This document shows positions 13,516 through 27,517 of a stretch of DNA of 64,000 nt, in pieces. Within the stretch, counting starts at the first letter, position 1; each line of letters opens with the position of its first letter. A program made the translations under genes and the position numbers. The notes under the pieces are model-generated. The model saw nothing but the letters and a program-made list of their open reading frames with translations, was not told the origin of the DNA and did not search any database. Origin of the DNA: Eledone cirrhosa (taxonomy: Eukaryota); NCBI GenBank assembly GCA_964016885.1, contig OZ024751.1, forward strand, positions 43,338,001 to 43,402,000, written 5' to 3'.

Positions 13516-14785
13516 ACCACCACCACCACCACCGCCACTTCTACAACCACCACCACAACCCCCACCACCATCACCACCACCCCCACCACCATCACCACCA
13601 CACCACCTCTACAACCATCACCACCACCACCACCACCACCTCTACAACCATCACCACCACAACCACCTCTACAACCACCACCACCACCACCACCACCACC
13701 ACCTCTACAACCATCACCACCACCACCACCATCACCTCCACCACCATCACCACCACAACCACCACCACCACCTCTACAACCACCACCACCACTACCACCA
13801 CTTCCACCAACCCCATCATCATCATCACCATCAATATCTGTACCACCATCATGATTACCATGGTTGTCATCATCATCATCATCATCATCAATATCTGTAC
13901 CACCATCACGATTACCATTTCTGTCATCATCATCATCATCATCATCAATATCTGTACCACCATCACGATTACCATTTCTGTCATCATCATCATCATCATC
14001 AATATCTGTACCACCATCACGATTACCATTTCTGTCATCATCATCATCATCATCATCAATATCTGTACCACCATCATGATTACCATTTCTGTCATCATCA
14101 TCATCATCATCAATATCTGTACCACCATCATGATTACCATTTCTGTCATCATCATCATCATCATCAATATCTGTACCACCATCACGATTACCATTTCTGT
14201 CATCATCATCATCATCATCATCAATATCTGTACCACCATCATGATTACCATGGTTGTCATCATCATCATCATCATCATCAATATCTGTACCACCATCACG
14301 ATTACCATTTCTGTCATCATCATCATCATCATCATCAATATCTGTACCACCATCATGATTACCATTTCTGTCATCATCATCATCATCATCATCAATATCT
14401 GTACCACCATCATGATTACCATTTCTGTCATCATCATCATCATCATCAATATCTGTACCACCATCACGATTACCATTTCTGTCATCATCATCATCATCAT
14501 CAATATCTGTACCACCATCATGATTACCATTTCTGTCATCATCATCATCATCATCAATATCTGTACCACCATCACGATTACCATTTCTGTCATCATCATC
14601 ATCATCATCATCAATATCTGTACCACCATCATGATTACCATTTCTGTCATCATCATCATCATCATCATCAATATCTGTACCACCATCATGATTACCATTT
14701 CTGTCATCATCATCATCATCATCAATATCTGTACCACCATCATGATTACCATGGTTGTCATCATCATCATCATCATCATCATCTT
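13516..14785. repeat. (CAC)n-rich tract followed by a 45/48-bp minisatellite, unit (cat)n caatatctgtaccaccatcaYgattaccatttctgt, about 20 copies
   Basis: Direct inspection of tandem units. Confidence 0.92.
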
Positions 14786-15034
14786 CAATTCATTATTCTT
14801 AGAAACTATTGAATAAGCTTTAAGGAATTCAAGTTTTCAATATATTTAGATAATGATATCTCTGTGGTGGAAATACCCTGCTGCCCCCCCCCCCCCCATA
14901 CACACATCTCTGTGGTGGGGGTAGAAGAAAAAGAAGAAGAATGAAGAGGCGTATATATATATGTATATATATATATATATTTGCGTCAGAAGATTACTAT
15001 ATATATATATATATATAGTAATCTTCTGACGCAA

Positions 15035-15071
<37 letters not shown>

Positions 15072-15172
15072 CATATTGAAATATGTATATATATATATAT
15101 ATATATTGAAATATGTATATATATATATATATATATATATTGAAATATGTATATATATATATATATATTGAA

Positions 15173-15321
<149 letters not shown>

Positions 15322-15390
15322 CATATATATATATACATATATATATATACATATATATATATACATATATATATACATATATATATATAC

Positions 15391-15421
<31 letters not shown>

Positions 15422-15448
15422 CATATATATATACATATATATATATAC

Positions 15449-15534
<86 letters not shown>

Positions 15535-15559
15535 GAGTGAGAGATGTTTGGGGTGCATG

Positions 15560-15615
<56 letters not shown>

Positions 15616-15979
15616 TTTTACACACACGTATATATATATACTTGTATATTCAATCACTCAGCCTTTCTCTCTCTCTCAAGTACATATATACTCTGAACCC
15701 ACACACGCATGTGCAGATCTCATTAACGTGATAAAACACGATATTGTCCCTTCAGCTTGAAGCCCAACAGATAGATACTTGTAGTGGTGGGGGTGGTGGG
15801 GGTGGTGGGGGGGTGGGGGGGTTATCTAAAAACGGTCAGTCCACCGTTGTTGTATATAGAAAACACTTGAGATATGAAAACGAGGCTGAACGGAATTTCC
15901 TAAACCATGGAACGTCGGAGATCAGCCGACATTTTTTATTTATAACTTTATATACACATATATATATATATATATTGAA

Positions 15980-16032
<53 letters not shown>

Positions 16033-16035
<3 letters not shown>

Positions 16036-16445
16036 TGGCTGCCAACTCGTTTTCGAGTACGGCCACTACTTTATATCCATGTAGGAGAACCCCTACCGAT
16101 ACGCCTGAACGAGTGTGACATTTTAGTCCAGCCAGCGACTTGAAAACTCTGGTACAAACACTACATTTGTGACAATTATTGACACATAGTGCTGGGCCCA
16201 TGGTACCATGTGACGACAAGGGCAGAGAGATCTCCAAATATAAAGAAATGACTGTGCTGTGAAGCTTTTATAGTGAGCAAAGGCACTGCACAAAGCCAGT
16301 CCCACTCTCTTAACCAAGATGATATTTATCAAAAAGAAGAATAAGTCAACATCATTGGATACCATCAGGGTTGCAGGTGTTATATCAGAGTTTTCCTTCT
16401 CCTAGAATTCTGCCTTGACAAAGGCTAAGGGGGTCATCTCTCCCG
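16033..16445 (-). mobile_element. Non-autonomous RTE-derived element
   Basis: Encodes CSVCTRVFKSLAGLKCHTR (C2H2-like RTE C-terminus) plus a 5'UTR-like ctaggagaaggaaaactctga; inverted homolog at 25933-26498. Confidence 0.7.
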
Positions 16446-16885
16446 TATATATATATACATACATACATACACATACACATGCACACATACAACTCAAAAT
16501 ATACACATCCACACATACAATAACATCCATATCTACACATGCATGCATGCAGACATAATCTACCTAGTTGATGTTGTGTAAATTCCAATGAGAGAGTCTT
16601 GTGTCTGTAAGAACCCGACTCTCTTTATTGGGAAAAAATTTATGAAATTATAAAACCAGAAGAACATACATAGATACGTACATACATACACACATATATA
16701 TATACATACATATATATAGATATAGATACATACATACATACATACATACATACATACATACATACATACATGCATACATACATACATACATACATACATA
16801 CATACATACATACATACATACATACATACATGATGGCTGCCCCCTCGTTATCGAGTATGGCCATTGCACGAGAAGAAAAAAAAAA

Positions 16886-16930
<45 letters not shown>

Positions 16931-17509
16931 TAAATAAAATAAAAATTAAGAAATATATTTATATATATATATAAATACATACATACATACATACACACAC
17001 ATATATATATACATACATATTTTGTCTTGTTTGAATTTTCTGTGTTACTTTTGGTTTGTCCATGTTATTGTTGTTCTTGTTGGTGGTGGCAGTGGCGGTG
17101 TTGGTGGTGGGTGGGGGGGGGGCATGTTGGGGTGGCGGTGGTGGTGGCGGGGTAGTTGTTGTAGTTGTTATTATTTTCTTCCTTTTCACTTTTGTTTGTT
17201 CATGGCAAAAAATAACGTGTTGACAAACTGAGAGTGTGAGATCGGTTTATCTAATTCAATTTTGCTGACGTAAACACACACACACATACACACATACATA
17301 AACATATATAAACGAGCGCAGACACGCAGACACATGCATATATACATACACACTCACATACATACTTTCTTACATAATGCATACACACACATTCACACAT
17401 ACATACGCACATGCGTACATACATACATACATGCATACATGCATACATACATACACACATATACAGTATATATATATATATTTATTCGTACATATATATA
17501 TATATATTC

Positions 17510-17577
<68 letters not shown>

Positions 17578-17700
17578 AAAAAAAATGAAATCGAAAATGC
17601 AACTGGAATCTTTTTATAAAAAATATATATTTATTTGGTTCCTTTACCGGTTTCGCAGTTGTTCTGCTTTTCTCACATCTTCTGGTTTTTCTCACATCTG

Positions 17701-17887
<187 letters not shown>

Positions 17888-17899
17888 GTATATATATAT

Positions 17900-17968
<69 letters not shown>

Positions 17969-18188
17969 GAAATAACAAGAGGCTGGATTTGTGTAAATCC
18001 TTGAAAGGTTTATTACACTATGATCATTTCAATATAATATTTCATTGTAATATTTAACTCCGTACTCGCACCACCAACTACAAAAACAAAGATGGTTGAA
18101 CTGCTTTACGTTGAGTACTCTCTATATTATTACATTGCGATTGACCATACGGAATAGACCAGCTCTATCCAGTGGTGAACCTCAAACC

Positions 18189-18249
<61 letters not shown>

Positions 18250-18433
18250 GTACATTGACAAGAACTTTTATAAGCCACGATAAAACATTTTTTTAAAAAA
18301 CTTTTTGCTACAATATTACTGAAATAAATCAATACGAGGCTCTAATTCTCTGCTGCAGTTGCGGCGTTCGAGAAATTTCTGCTTCATAACAGACTGTCCG
18401 TAGTAGGATCTCCACTGTCCAGTTGGAGTGTGA

Positions 18434-18550
18434 AGGCGCCTGGCCTAGTGGTTAGCGTGTTAGACTTACGATCATGATGTCGTGGGTTTGATTCCTTGAC
18501 TGGGTTGTGTGTTGTGTTCTTGAGCAAAACTCTTTATTTCATTTTGCTCC
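18434..18550 (+). mobile_element. tRNA-derived SINE family 2 (other copies about 33650-33915, 34215-34330, 37938-38250)
   Basis: A box tggcctagtggttag, B-like ggtttgattcc, body ttgtgttcttgagcaaaac. Confidence 0.75.
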
Positions 18551-18605
18551 GGGCTGTCCTGTTGGTTGAACAACAATCACACTCGGGCGTATACATATAC
18601 GTATA

Positions 18606-18651
<46 letters not shown>

Positions 18652-18678
18652 TATATATATATAATGTATATATATATA

Positions 18679-18785
18679 ATTGTTTCTATTTTTGGCACAA
18701 GGCCAGCAATTACCCAGTGTATTACTGGTACTTTATTTTATCGACCCCATAAGGATGAAAGGCAAAGTTAACCTCGGCGGGATTT
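18679..18785 (-). mobile_element. SINE family 1, 3' fragment
   Basis: Match to family body. Confidence 0.8.
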
Positions 18786-18915
18786 GTATATGTGTATGTA
18801 TATATATATATATATTAAATGTATAAATATATATATAATGTATATATATACATTATGTATATATACACATTATACTATATATATATATATATAACGTACA
18901 AATTTACCCAAAGGC

Positions 18916-18946
<31 letters not shown>

Positions 18947-19344
18947 CATACATACATACATACATACATACATACATACATACATACATACAGTTTATTG
19001 CTGTTCGGAATAAGTTACAAATTGTTGGAAATTCCATCTTTTCCCCAAGCGGAATTTTCACCCATATTTCCTATCAAACAGATGTTTTTATGTTGTTTAC
19101 TACAGAATTGGCTTCTTTTATTGTTGCTTTTTAAAGTGTTTTTAGAATACTTTCTGTGAATAAATAGCCAATTAGATTGAAAGGCGAAGTCTTGGAGTTC
19201 TTCTGCTTTTTAGTTTCAATGGTGTCAGGTTTTAAACAATTAGGAGAGGCAGACGAGGAAACACAATCTGAAAACCTTGATAATAATGTCCCCTAATGCG
19301 AGAAGGAAGACAATATTTCTCACTTGGAACCCTATACCATTGTG

Positions 19345-19421
<77 letters not shown>

Positions 19422-19444
19422 TCAATTCAGTTCTCCACAGCTTC

Positions 19445-19534
<90 letters not shown>

Positions 19535-19680
19535 ATATGTTTGTGTGTGTGTGGGTATATATATATATATATATATAAAATTATGTGTGTGTATATATAT
19601 ATATATATATATACACACATAATTTTATTATTATATATATATATACATAATTATATATGTGTGTATATATATATATATAT

Positions 19681-19722
<42 letters not shown>

Positions 19723-20408
19723 CGCAATTACTCTCCAAAATACGTGATAAATCTGTAACAATTTGCCACTGCTTTCTATTGTAACAGAACATATCCAACC
19801 ATGCTAGTTCTTCCTACGCCCACTAGCAGCAGCCATATCAAATTAAAGACCACACAGTTTTTCAATTTTCAGACCAGAGCTACAGTTTGAGGATGGCTTC
19901 CTCTCTTCTTGTAACTCCTAACCGTTAAAGACCTGAAAGTGTCTTATCTTTTCTTATCCATCGCCCTAAGGCAAGACAGCAAGCACAACTTCACGCCAAA
20001 AGTCTGTCTGTTTCCCATTGATGTTTGTAGGTCTTCCTTGTCAATTCCAGTGTCTCTTGCTATAACATTCTGGTATCTGAGCTTTCTGGTAAAAGAGTTC
20101 TCTTATCACAAGAGGTCTGAAACCATCTCATCTTTTGTGCAGAAGCAGTGACCAGCAAACCTTGTATGACGTTCAATCAGTTATAAGAACTGGCTCCGCC
20201 CCACTAACTTAAGAGTAAAAAAGAAAGTGTTTTGCTTGATTTACAACTTTCGTAGCTAATAACATTTTACAGTTGGTAACTTCTCTTCAGATGCACATAT
20301 GTATATATATATATATATGCCTACAGACACATAAACTCTCAAACATATCTCCACATAAACACCTACATAGACATAGTGACATACATACACACACACACAC
20401 ACACACAT

Positions 20409-20445
<37 letters not shown>

Positions 20446-20993
20446 TACATACATACATACATACACACATATATACATACACACATACATACATAAAAAC
20501 ATACATACATACATATATATACACATACATACATTCATACATACATATATACACACAAACATACATACATACATACATACATACATACATACATACATAC
20601 ATACATACACACACATACATACATACACACACACATAAATACATACATACAAACATACATACATATATATACACATACATACATTCATACATACATATAT
20701 ACACACATACATACATACATACATACATACATACATACATACATACATACATACATACATACATACATACATACATAGAGAGGGGGTGGGATGGATGAGT
20801 AAAAAAAAGAAAAAGAGAGGAAAAATAAGAAAGGGAATATAAGAAAATTTTGTTTTATAAATATATATTTGTTTTGTAAGTTTTTTTTAATATTTCCTCC
20901 ATATTATTTTCTGGAATCTACTTGATAAAATATCTTTTATCTATAATTACAATTCTGTTAGTGTCTTCTTGTCTATTTATACAACTATCTCTT

Positions 20994-21044
<51 letters not shown>

Positions 21045-21057
21045 CGCTCTCGCTCTC

Positions 21058-21090
<33 letters not shown>

Positions 21091-21167
21091 TTCTCTCGCT
21101 CTCTCTATCTGTCTCTCTATCTCTCTCGCTCTCTATCCGTCTATTTATAGTTCTGTTTCGCTGGGTA

Positions 21168-21247
<80 letters not shown>

Positions 21248-21297
21248 AATGACTCTTCCGCTACTTATATTCCTTCTTTTATCTATATATCTGCCTC

Positions 21298-21382
<85 letters not shown>

Positions 21383-21476
21383 ATATATATATATATATAT
21401 ATCTATCTATATATATATATACATATATATATATATGCAGAGGTTATATTTAATTTGTTGGGATTCAACAAGCTTA

Positions 21477-21547
<71 letters not shown>

Positions 21548-21641
21548 GTATGTATGTGTGTGTTTGTGTGTGTGTGTCAGTGTATCCATCTATCTATCTA
21601 TCCATCTATCTATCTATCTCTGCCTCTCTCTCTCTATCCAG

Positions 21642-21774
21642 GTGTAAGACAACCAAAGAAAGTATGCTTGGACACTAAAGCCAACACACTAGTGGACAGT
21701 GAATACTGTGCCTCCCTAGATGACATTCAGTTACCAAAGCTGAAGAATTGCTCCACACAGAAATGTCCCCCACG
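21642..21774 (+). CDS. ADAMTS-like exon B (TSP1 repeat, second half)
   Basis: ctctatccAG|GT, CG|GTactg; phase 1 to 2 fits both neighbours. [45 protein letters not shown]. Confidence 0.9.
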
Positions 21775-21814
21775 GTACTGCTATTATTATTGTTATTATT
21801 GTTATTATTAGTAT

Positions 21815-22382
21815 TATAAAGTACCAGTAATACACTGGGATAATTACCGGCCTTGTGCCAATAGTAGAAACAATTATTAGTATTATGGATCGTCGTTGTT
21901 GTTGTTGTTGTTGTTGCTGTTGTTGTTGTTGCTGTCATTATTATTGGTATAGTGAAGGGTGGTGGATTGGCAGTATCGGTAGAGGGTCGGACGCCATGCT
22001 TTGCAGCATAGAGTTACGGCCCTTGCCATTCTGAATTCAAATCCCGCCGAGGTTAACTTTGCCTTTCATCCTTACGGGAGTCGATAAAATAAAGTACCAG
22101 TAATACACTGGGGTAATTGCTGGCCTTTTGCCAAATGTAGAAACAATTATTATTTTATTAGTGTGGTGGATTGTCAGTATCGGTAGAGCATCGGACGTCA
22201 TGCTGTACAGCATAGAGTTACGGCCCTATACGTTCTGCGTTCAAATCACACCTAATTTAGCCTTGCCTCTCGTCGTTACAGGGTCGATAAAATAAAATAC
22301 CAGTAATACACTGGAGTCGATTTAATCGACTATCCCTTCCCCCTCAAAATTGTCGGCTTAGTGTCTAAATCAGATATCAATA
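21815..22382 (+). mobile_element. SINE family 1 cluster (fragment plus two copies)
   Basis: A/B boxes at about 21968 and 22033; second copy from 22160. Confidence 0.82.
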
Positions 22383-22797
22383 TTGTAAGACAGTCAGATG
22401 GGATTTTGAGGAAGGTTTATTCACTAGCGTGTCTAGGGTGTGATTTTAGTGAGATTTGGTTGCTATTTCTATCCGGTTGAAATAGCACTTTAAGATACTT
22501 ACTCTTGGCACGTGTGTGAGTCTGGTTCATCTATACGTGAGATAATTCCTTAGTCAAGAAGTTCAACTTATCTGTTAAAACCATTTAATCTAATTTGACC
22601 ATGTTATCTCTAATTTCATGGCTCAAGTTTTCATATCGTTAGTTTTGTTTATCTTGCAGTGTCAATTATTGACAATTTAATCTCAGCTTTTCACAACAGT
22701 TGATTGTTGTTTTATTTACGAACGCTAGTTTGTTTGTTTGTTTTGTTGCTGTTGCTGTTATTGTTGATATTGTTATTGTTGTTTTCTTATATTTCTG

Positions 22798-22848
<51 letters not shown>

Positions 22849-22852
<4 letters not shown>

Positions 22853-22905
22853 GTAAGTATGTATGTATACGTACATACATATATGTATACAGACGTACAG
22901 TAGCA

Positions 22906-22975
<70 letters not shown>

Positions 22976-23403
22976 CAGGTACACATACATATATGCACGC
23001 ATCAGTTTAGCGGACGCTTATTATAACGCCGCTTTGTTCGTTTGTAAACAAACTGAACAGCCTGAATTTATGCCATACGGTGTTAAGGCAACCACGTCAC
23101 CTTTTTGTTCAACACTGACACAGGAACGATGTACTAGTTTCAAGCTTGTTAGCTATCATCAGCACCGTATACCCATCTGCCAGATAGTTGAACGTTCGAA
23201 AGTATATACTTTCCTTATGAAAATTAACGGCTGAGCAGCCTAATTTGCATATTGAGTGAGTTAAATCGGTCAGGCATACCGAAAACGATAAGTTGAAAAA
23301 AATGAAAACGAAATTTCATTTCTCACTCTTAGTATGGCACTTACTTAAATGTAAGTATGTATGTATACGTACATACATATATGTATACAGACGTACAGTA
23401 GCA

Positions 23404-23455
<52 letters not shown>

Positions 23456-23601
23456 CAGGTACACATACATATATGCACGCATCAGTTTAGCGGACGCTTA
23501 TTATAACGCCGCTTTGTTCGTTTGTAAACAAACTGAACAGCCTGAATTTATGCCATACGGTGTTAAGGCAACCACGTCACCTTTTTTGTTCAACACTGAC
23601 A
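22849..23601 (-). mobile_element. Retrozyme-like element, about 1.5 tandem units of about 500 bp with one HHR
   Basis: 22849-23120 is repeated at 23347-23601; HHR at 23127-23167; diverged homolog at 41395-41795. Confidence 0.72.
23127..23167 (-). ncRNA. Minimal type I hammerhead ribozyme
   Basis: cggtg-CTGATGA-t agct aaca agct t-GAAA-ctag-TA-catcg. Confidence 0.82.
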
Positions 23602-23649
23602 CATTTCGTTTTGTTCAACACTGACACATTTCGTTTTCATTTTTTTCAA

Positions 23650-23692
<43 letters not shown>

Positions 23693-23695
<3 letters not shown>

Positions 23696-23914
23696 AAAAT
23701 GTATGACCCCGACGGCAGAGCTCAAGCCGTTTCGACGGCTATTTCTGGACTGAAATAGACCATTACTCACCAGAGTACTCGATACTTGGGGTAGCAGAGT
23801 GTGGTAATATGAAAGAGTCGGGACCCCAACGGCTGAGCTCTTGCCGTTTCAACAGCTAGTTCGAACTAGCTGTTGAAACAGTAGGGGCTCAGCCGTTGGG
23901 GTCCCGACTCTTTT
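23693..23914. mobile_element. Family B elements; palindrome centred on ctagttcgaactag at about 23861
   Basis: gacccc.acggc.gagctc...gccgtttc arms; HHR 3' half only. Confidence 0.7.
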
Positions 23915-23920
23915 ATGTAA

Positions 23921-23969
<49 letters not shown>

Positions 23970-24010
23970 GTTTTCATTTATCTAGAACTCTGGTCTTCGT
24001 GTAATTTCAG

Positions 24011-24212
24011 TTGGGAGGCACAGGATTGGCAGTCCTGCACGATGACATGCGGTGGAGGAACCAGCCTGAGAGAAGTAAGTTGTATGGAGTATGGACCCTC
24101 GGGACAAGGACGCTGGGTGGAAGATCAGTTGTGCAAACAGTTCAAACCTTCTGAATACAAGTCCTGCAATACAGATATTTGTCCTCGCTGGTATGCTGGG
24201 GAATGGTCACCC
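24011..24212 (+). CDS. ADAMTS-like exon C (TSP1 repeat)
   Basis: tttcAG|T, CCC|GTaagt; phase 2 to 0. WEAQDWQSCTMTCGGGTSLREVSCMEY...CNTDICPRWYAGEWSP. Confidence 0.93.
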
Positions 24213-24577
24213 GTAAGTACAACACAAACATCATCATCATCGTCGTCATCTTCTTCTTCTTCTTAATTTTCGCTGTTTTACTTAATGTAGTAAACCAAGA
24301 AATTTTAATTAATTAAAATTACGCTTTTAATGAGAAGGCCCAATAATTTTCTTTATGACTAAATTAAATTAACATCGAAAGCAGTGGTGAAGTGAGTCCA
24401 ATATTCAACAGTAGGGTGACAATTCTGGACATGTTTCCGTATTATCAAACTTCATCAGTGAACATTGTGCAGGGATCACTGCAGATCTTAGTTATGAGAT
24501 TGTTTATGACAGAACTCTTTGTCCTACTGTGTATTCTTTGGTCTTTATTTAACTCTGCCATTGTAATTATATTTCAG

Positions 24578-24716
24578 TGTAGTGTCACGTGTGGTTTTGG
24601 TATCCAACACCGAGTCGTGATTTGTCGTAATAGTGGTAACAACACATGTGATGTGGAGGAAAAACCTACAACGAGTCAGACTTGTACAACTAATTTACCT
24701 TGCTTTGAAAGATCCG
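24578..24716 (+). CDS. ADAMTS-like exon D (TSP1 repeat)
   Basis: atttcAG|TGT, G|GTaagt; phase 0 to 1. CSVTCGFGIQHRVVICRNSGNNTCDVEEKPTTSQTCTTNLPCFERS. Confidence 0.93.
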
Positions 24717-25093
24717 GTAAGTATGATATTTCATGGTAGTTACTGCTCGTCAGTGTTCTCTGTATCGTCTTATAGATGCTGTATACAAACTGTTCTTGTT
24801 GAAAGCTTACTTATCGATACATGAGCTATACAAGCTTAACCACCTAGTATGGATTTACAAAATCTATAACATGATATTGTTTTCCATACCTCGGCATCTT
24901 TATATGAACCTATATTTTAAATAGGTCCAGATAAGCCTTTATTATGAAACACGCTGTGTTAATGTCGTCTCTAATTAAAGCTCTATACAACAGTTTATCA
25001 TCTATTAAGGAAGTATCAATAAAAAAAATATTGGTTTAAGTATATTGTTTTACCTTATTGCTAATTACAGGTGTTTATTTCTGTTAATTACAG

Positions 25094-25193
25094 GTGATAT
25101 CCAGGAGACGTTACTCACCGATTATATTGAGTCTAAACCACCTAAATATGGTCTGGCACCAAACATATCAAAGTTGGATCTTTCAGCTCCCAG
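25094..25193 (+). CDS. ADAMTS-like exon E (linker between TSP1 repeats)
   Basis: ttacAG|GT, AG|GTactt; phase 1 to 2 bridges exons D and F. GDIQETLLTDYIESKPPKYGLAPNISKLDLSAPR lies where ADAMTSL1/3 have a linker before the FIP..W motif. Confidence 0.8.
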
Positions 25194-25308
25194 GTACTTC
25201 AAATATTCATTCTTTTCAAAACTTTCAAAGACTGCCTTATATGGTTGTTATCATCTCGTCTAAACTACCAAATATATATATATATATATATAAGTTTTAA
25301 TATAGATG

Positions 25309-25359
25309 AGATTCTACAGGACGAGAACTGTTTCATTCTTTAGAAATCATCAGGAATCT
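25309..25359 (-). ncRNA. Type I hammerhead ribozyme, family C, intact (mutated + copy at 27128-27178)
   Basis: agattc-CTGATGA-tttc taaa gaat-GAAA-cag ttctcgtc ctg-TA-gaatct; 6-bp stem I, 4-bp stem III, GUA site. Confidence 0.8.
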
Positions 25360-25932
25360 GGGTATCAAAAAATAAGTATGGTATTTATACAAGTGGTAGG
25401 AGAGGGTGGGGAGTGGGATGGGTGTAGGTCATTGGTTGATAGAAAAGGGAATTCATTAAAAGCTAATTCTACAAAGCTATAGTTTATTTTTATTTATTTT
25501 TGTTTTTAGAGTAACAAAGGCAGACAGAATTCTATAAACAGGTTCAGGATGGCATGCCACTCTTTATTATTAAGTTTCTCTTAAGTTAACAGGTGTCTAT
25601 AAGATCAGTGGGGGGTCAGTCATGGTAGATAGATTTAAAGGAAAGGGAGATTCTTTAAAAGCTAAATTCATTAAGGTTCTACTAAGTGACAAAGGTTTAG
25701 AGAATTATGTAAACAAATTCAAAATATTGAGTGCATATCATACAATTATCCTCAACTTTCTCATAATGTGTGTATATATATATGTGTATATATATATGTG
25801 TGTGTATGTGTGACCCCACTCTCAAGAGCGTGAAATCAATAAACATTTGTTTGTTCTGCCCCTCTGTTTTGTTCCCGTTCAATTTTTCCTTATATATGTG
25901 TATATGTGTGTATGTGTGTGTGTGTGTATATA

Positions 25933-26498
25933 CAACCTGTCTCATGGTCGGGTCATTGGCGACTAAACTGGCAACCCCACTAAGGTTTCTTGGTGAGGAG
26001 GGTGACTTTGGACATCCTGCAGGACTAAAAACAAAACCTGTCAAAGGGCAAAGGAGCTCTTAAGAGTCAATGGCCATCCAAAATCACCGGGAGAGATGAC
26101 CCCTTAGCCTTTGTCAAGGCAGAATTCTAGGAGAAGGAAAACTCTGATATAACACCTGCAACCCTGATGGTATCCAATGATGTTGACTTGTTCTTCTTTT
26201 TGGTAAATATCATCTTGGTTAAGAGAGTGGGACTGGCTTTGTGCAGTGCCTTTGCTCACTATAAAAGCTTCACGGCACAGGCATTGCTTTGTATCTGGAG
26301 ATCTCTCTGCACTTGTCATTACATGGTACCATGGGCCCAGCACTATGTGTCAATAATTGTCACAAGTGTAGTGTTTGTACCAGAGTTTTCAAGTTGCTGG
26401 CTGGACTAAAAAGTCACACTCGTTCAGCGTATCGGTAGGGGTTCTCCTACATGGATATAAAGTAGTGGCCGTACTCGAAAACGAGTTGGCAGCCACCA
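25933..26498 (+). mobile_element. Non-autonomous RTE-derived element, longer copy
   Basis: Homologous to 16033-16445; related family at about 34450-34790 (-). Confidence 0.7.
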
Positions 26499-27260
26499 TA
26501 TATATATATATACATATATATATGTGTGTATGTATGTGTGTGTATGTTTGTGTATATATGTATGTATATATATATATATATATATAAATATATTTATATG
26601 TGTGTCTGTGTATATGTGTGTATATGTGTATGTGTATGTGTGTTTATGGGTGCGCGCGAGTGTGTGAGTGAGTGTGTTTTGTGAATGTGTCTGTTGATTT
26701 TTGGCATATAGTTGAATAGTTTATGAGAAAGTTGAGGATAATTGTATGATATGCACTCAATATTTTGAATTTGTCTACATAATTCTCTAAACCTTTGTCA
26801 CTTAGTAGAACCTTAATGAATTTAGCTTTTAAAGAATCTCCCTTTCCTTTAAATCTATCTACCATGACTGACCCCCCACTGATCTTATAGACACCTGTTA
26901 ACTTAAGAGAAACTTAATAATAAGGAGTGGCATGCCATCCTGAACCTGTTTATAGAATTCTGTCTGCCTTTGTTACTCTAAAAACAAAAATAAATAAAAA
27001 TAAACTATAGCTTTGTAGAATTAGCTTTTAATGAATTCCCTTTTCTATCAACCAATGACCTACACCCATCCCACTCCCCACCCTCTCCTATCACTTGTAT
27101 AAATACCATACTTATTTTTTGATACCCAGATTCCTGATGATTTCTAAAGAATGAAACAGTTCTCGTCCTATATAATCTCATCTATATTAAAACTTTTATA
27201 CTCTGCAATGTATTGAGTACCTTACTTACTGTGGTTATCTCCGATTCAACCCGGAATAAC

Positions 27261-27321
<61 letters not shown>

Positions 27322-27360
27322 TATATATAATATATATATATATAAAATATATATATTTTA

Positions 27361-27401
<41 letters not shown>

Positions 27402-27428
27402 CATTCATGCATACATACATATAGGTAG

Positions 27429-27475
<47 letters not shown>

Positions 27476-27517
27476 CAAATAAATATACACGGGTGTGTAT
27501 GATTGTGTATAGAAGAT

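Larger units (their letters stand above)
25292..27263. mobile_element. Family C element as a 475-bp inverted repeat (25292-25766 / 26721-27195) with tail to 27263
   Basis: Arms differ at about 5 positions by eye; HHR near the outer end of each; spacer holds an RTE-derived element. Confidence 0.85.

Noticed and set aside
13184-14812. 542-aa His-rich ORF and overlapping ORFs
   Set aside because: Translation of a 45/48-bp intronic minisatellite, open in several frames on both strands; exons A and B join in phase without it.
19000-19335. Possible Penelope RT/GIY-YIG coding remnants (also 31750-32150 and 37230-37700)
   Set aside because: Only vague motif resemblance with many stops; needs a tblastn/HMM search.
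25622-26865. Duplicated ORF MVDRFKGKGDSLKAKF on both strands
   Set aside because: Consequence of the 475-bp inverted repeat; no recognisable domain.
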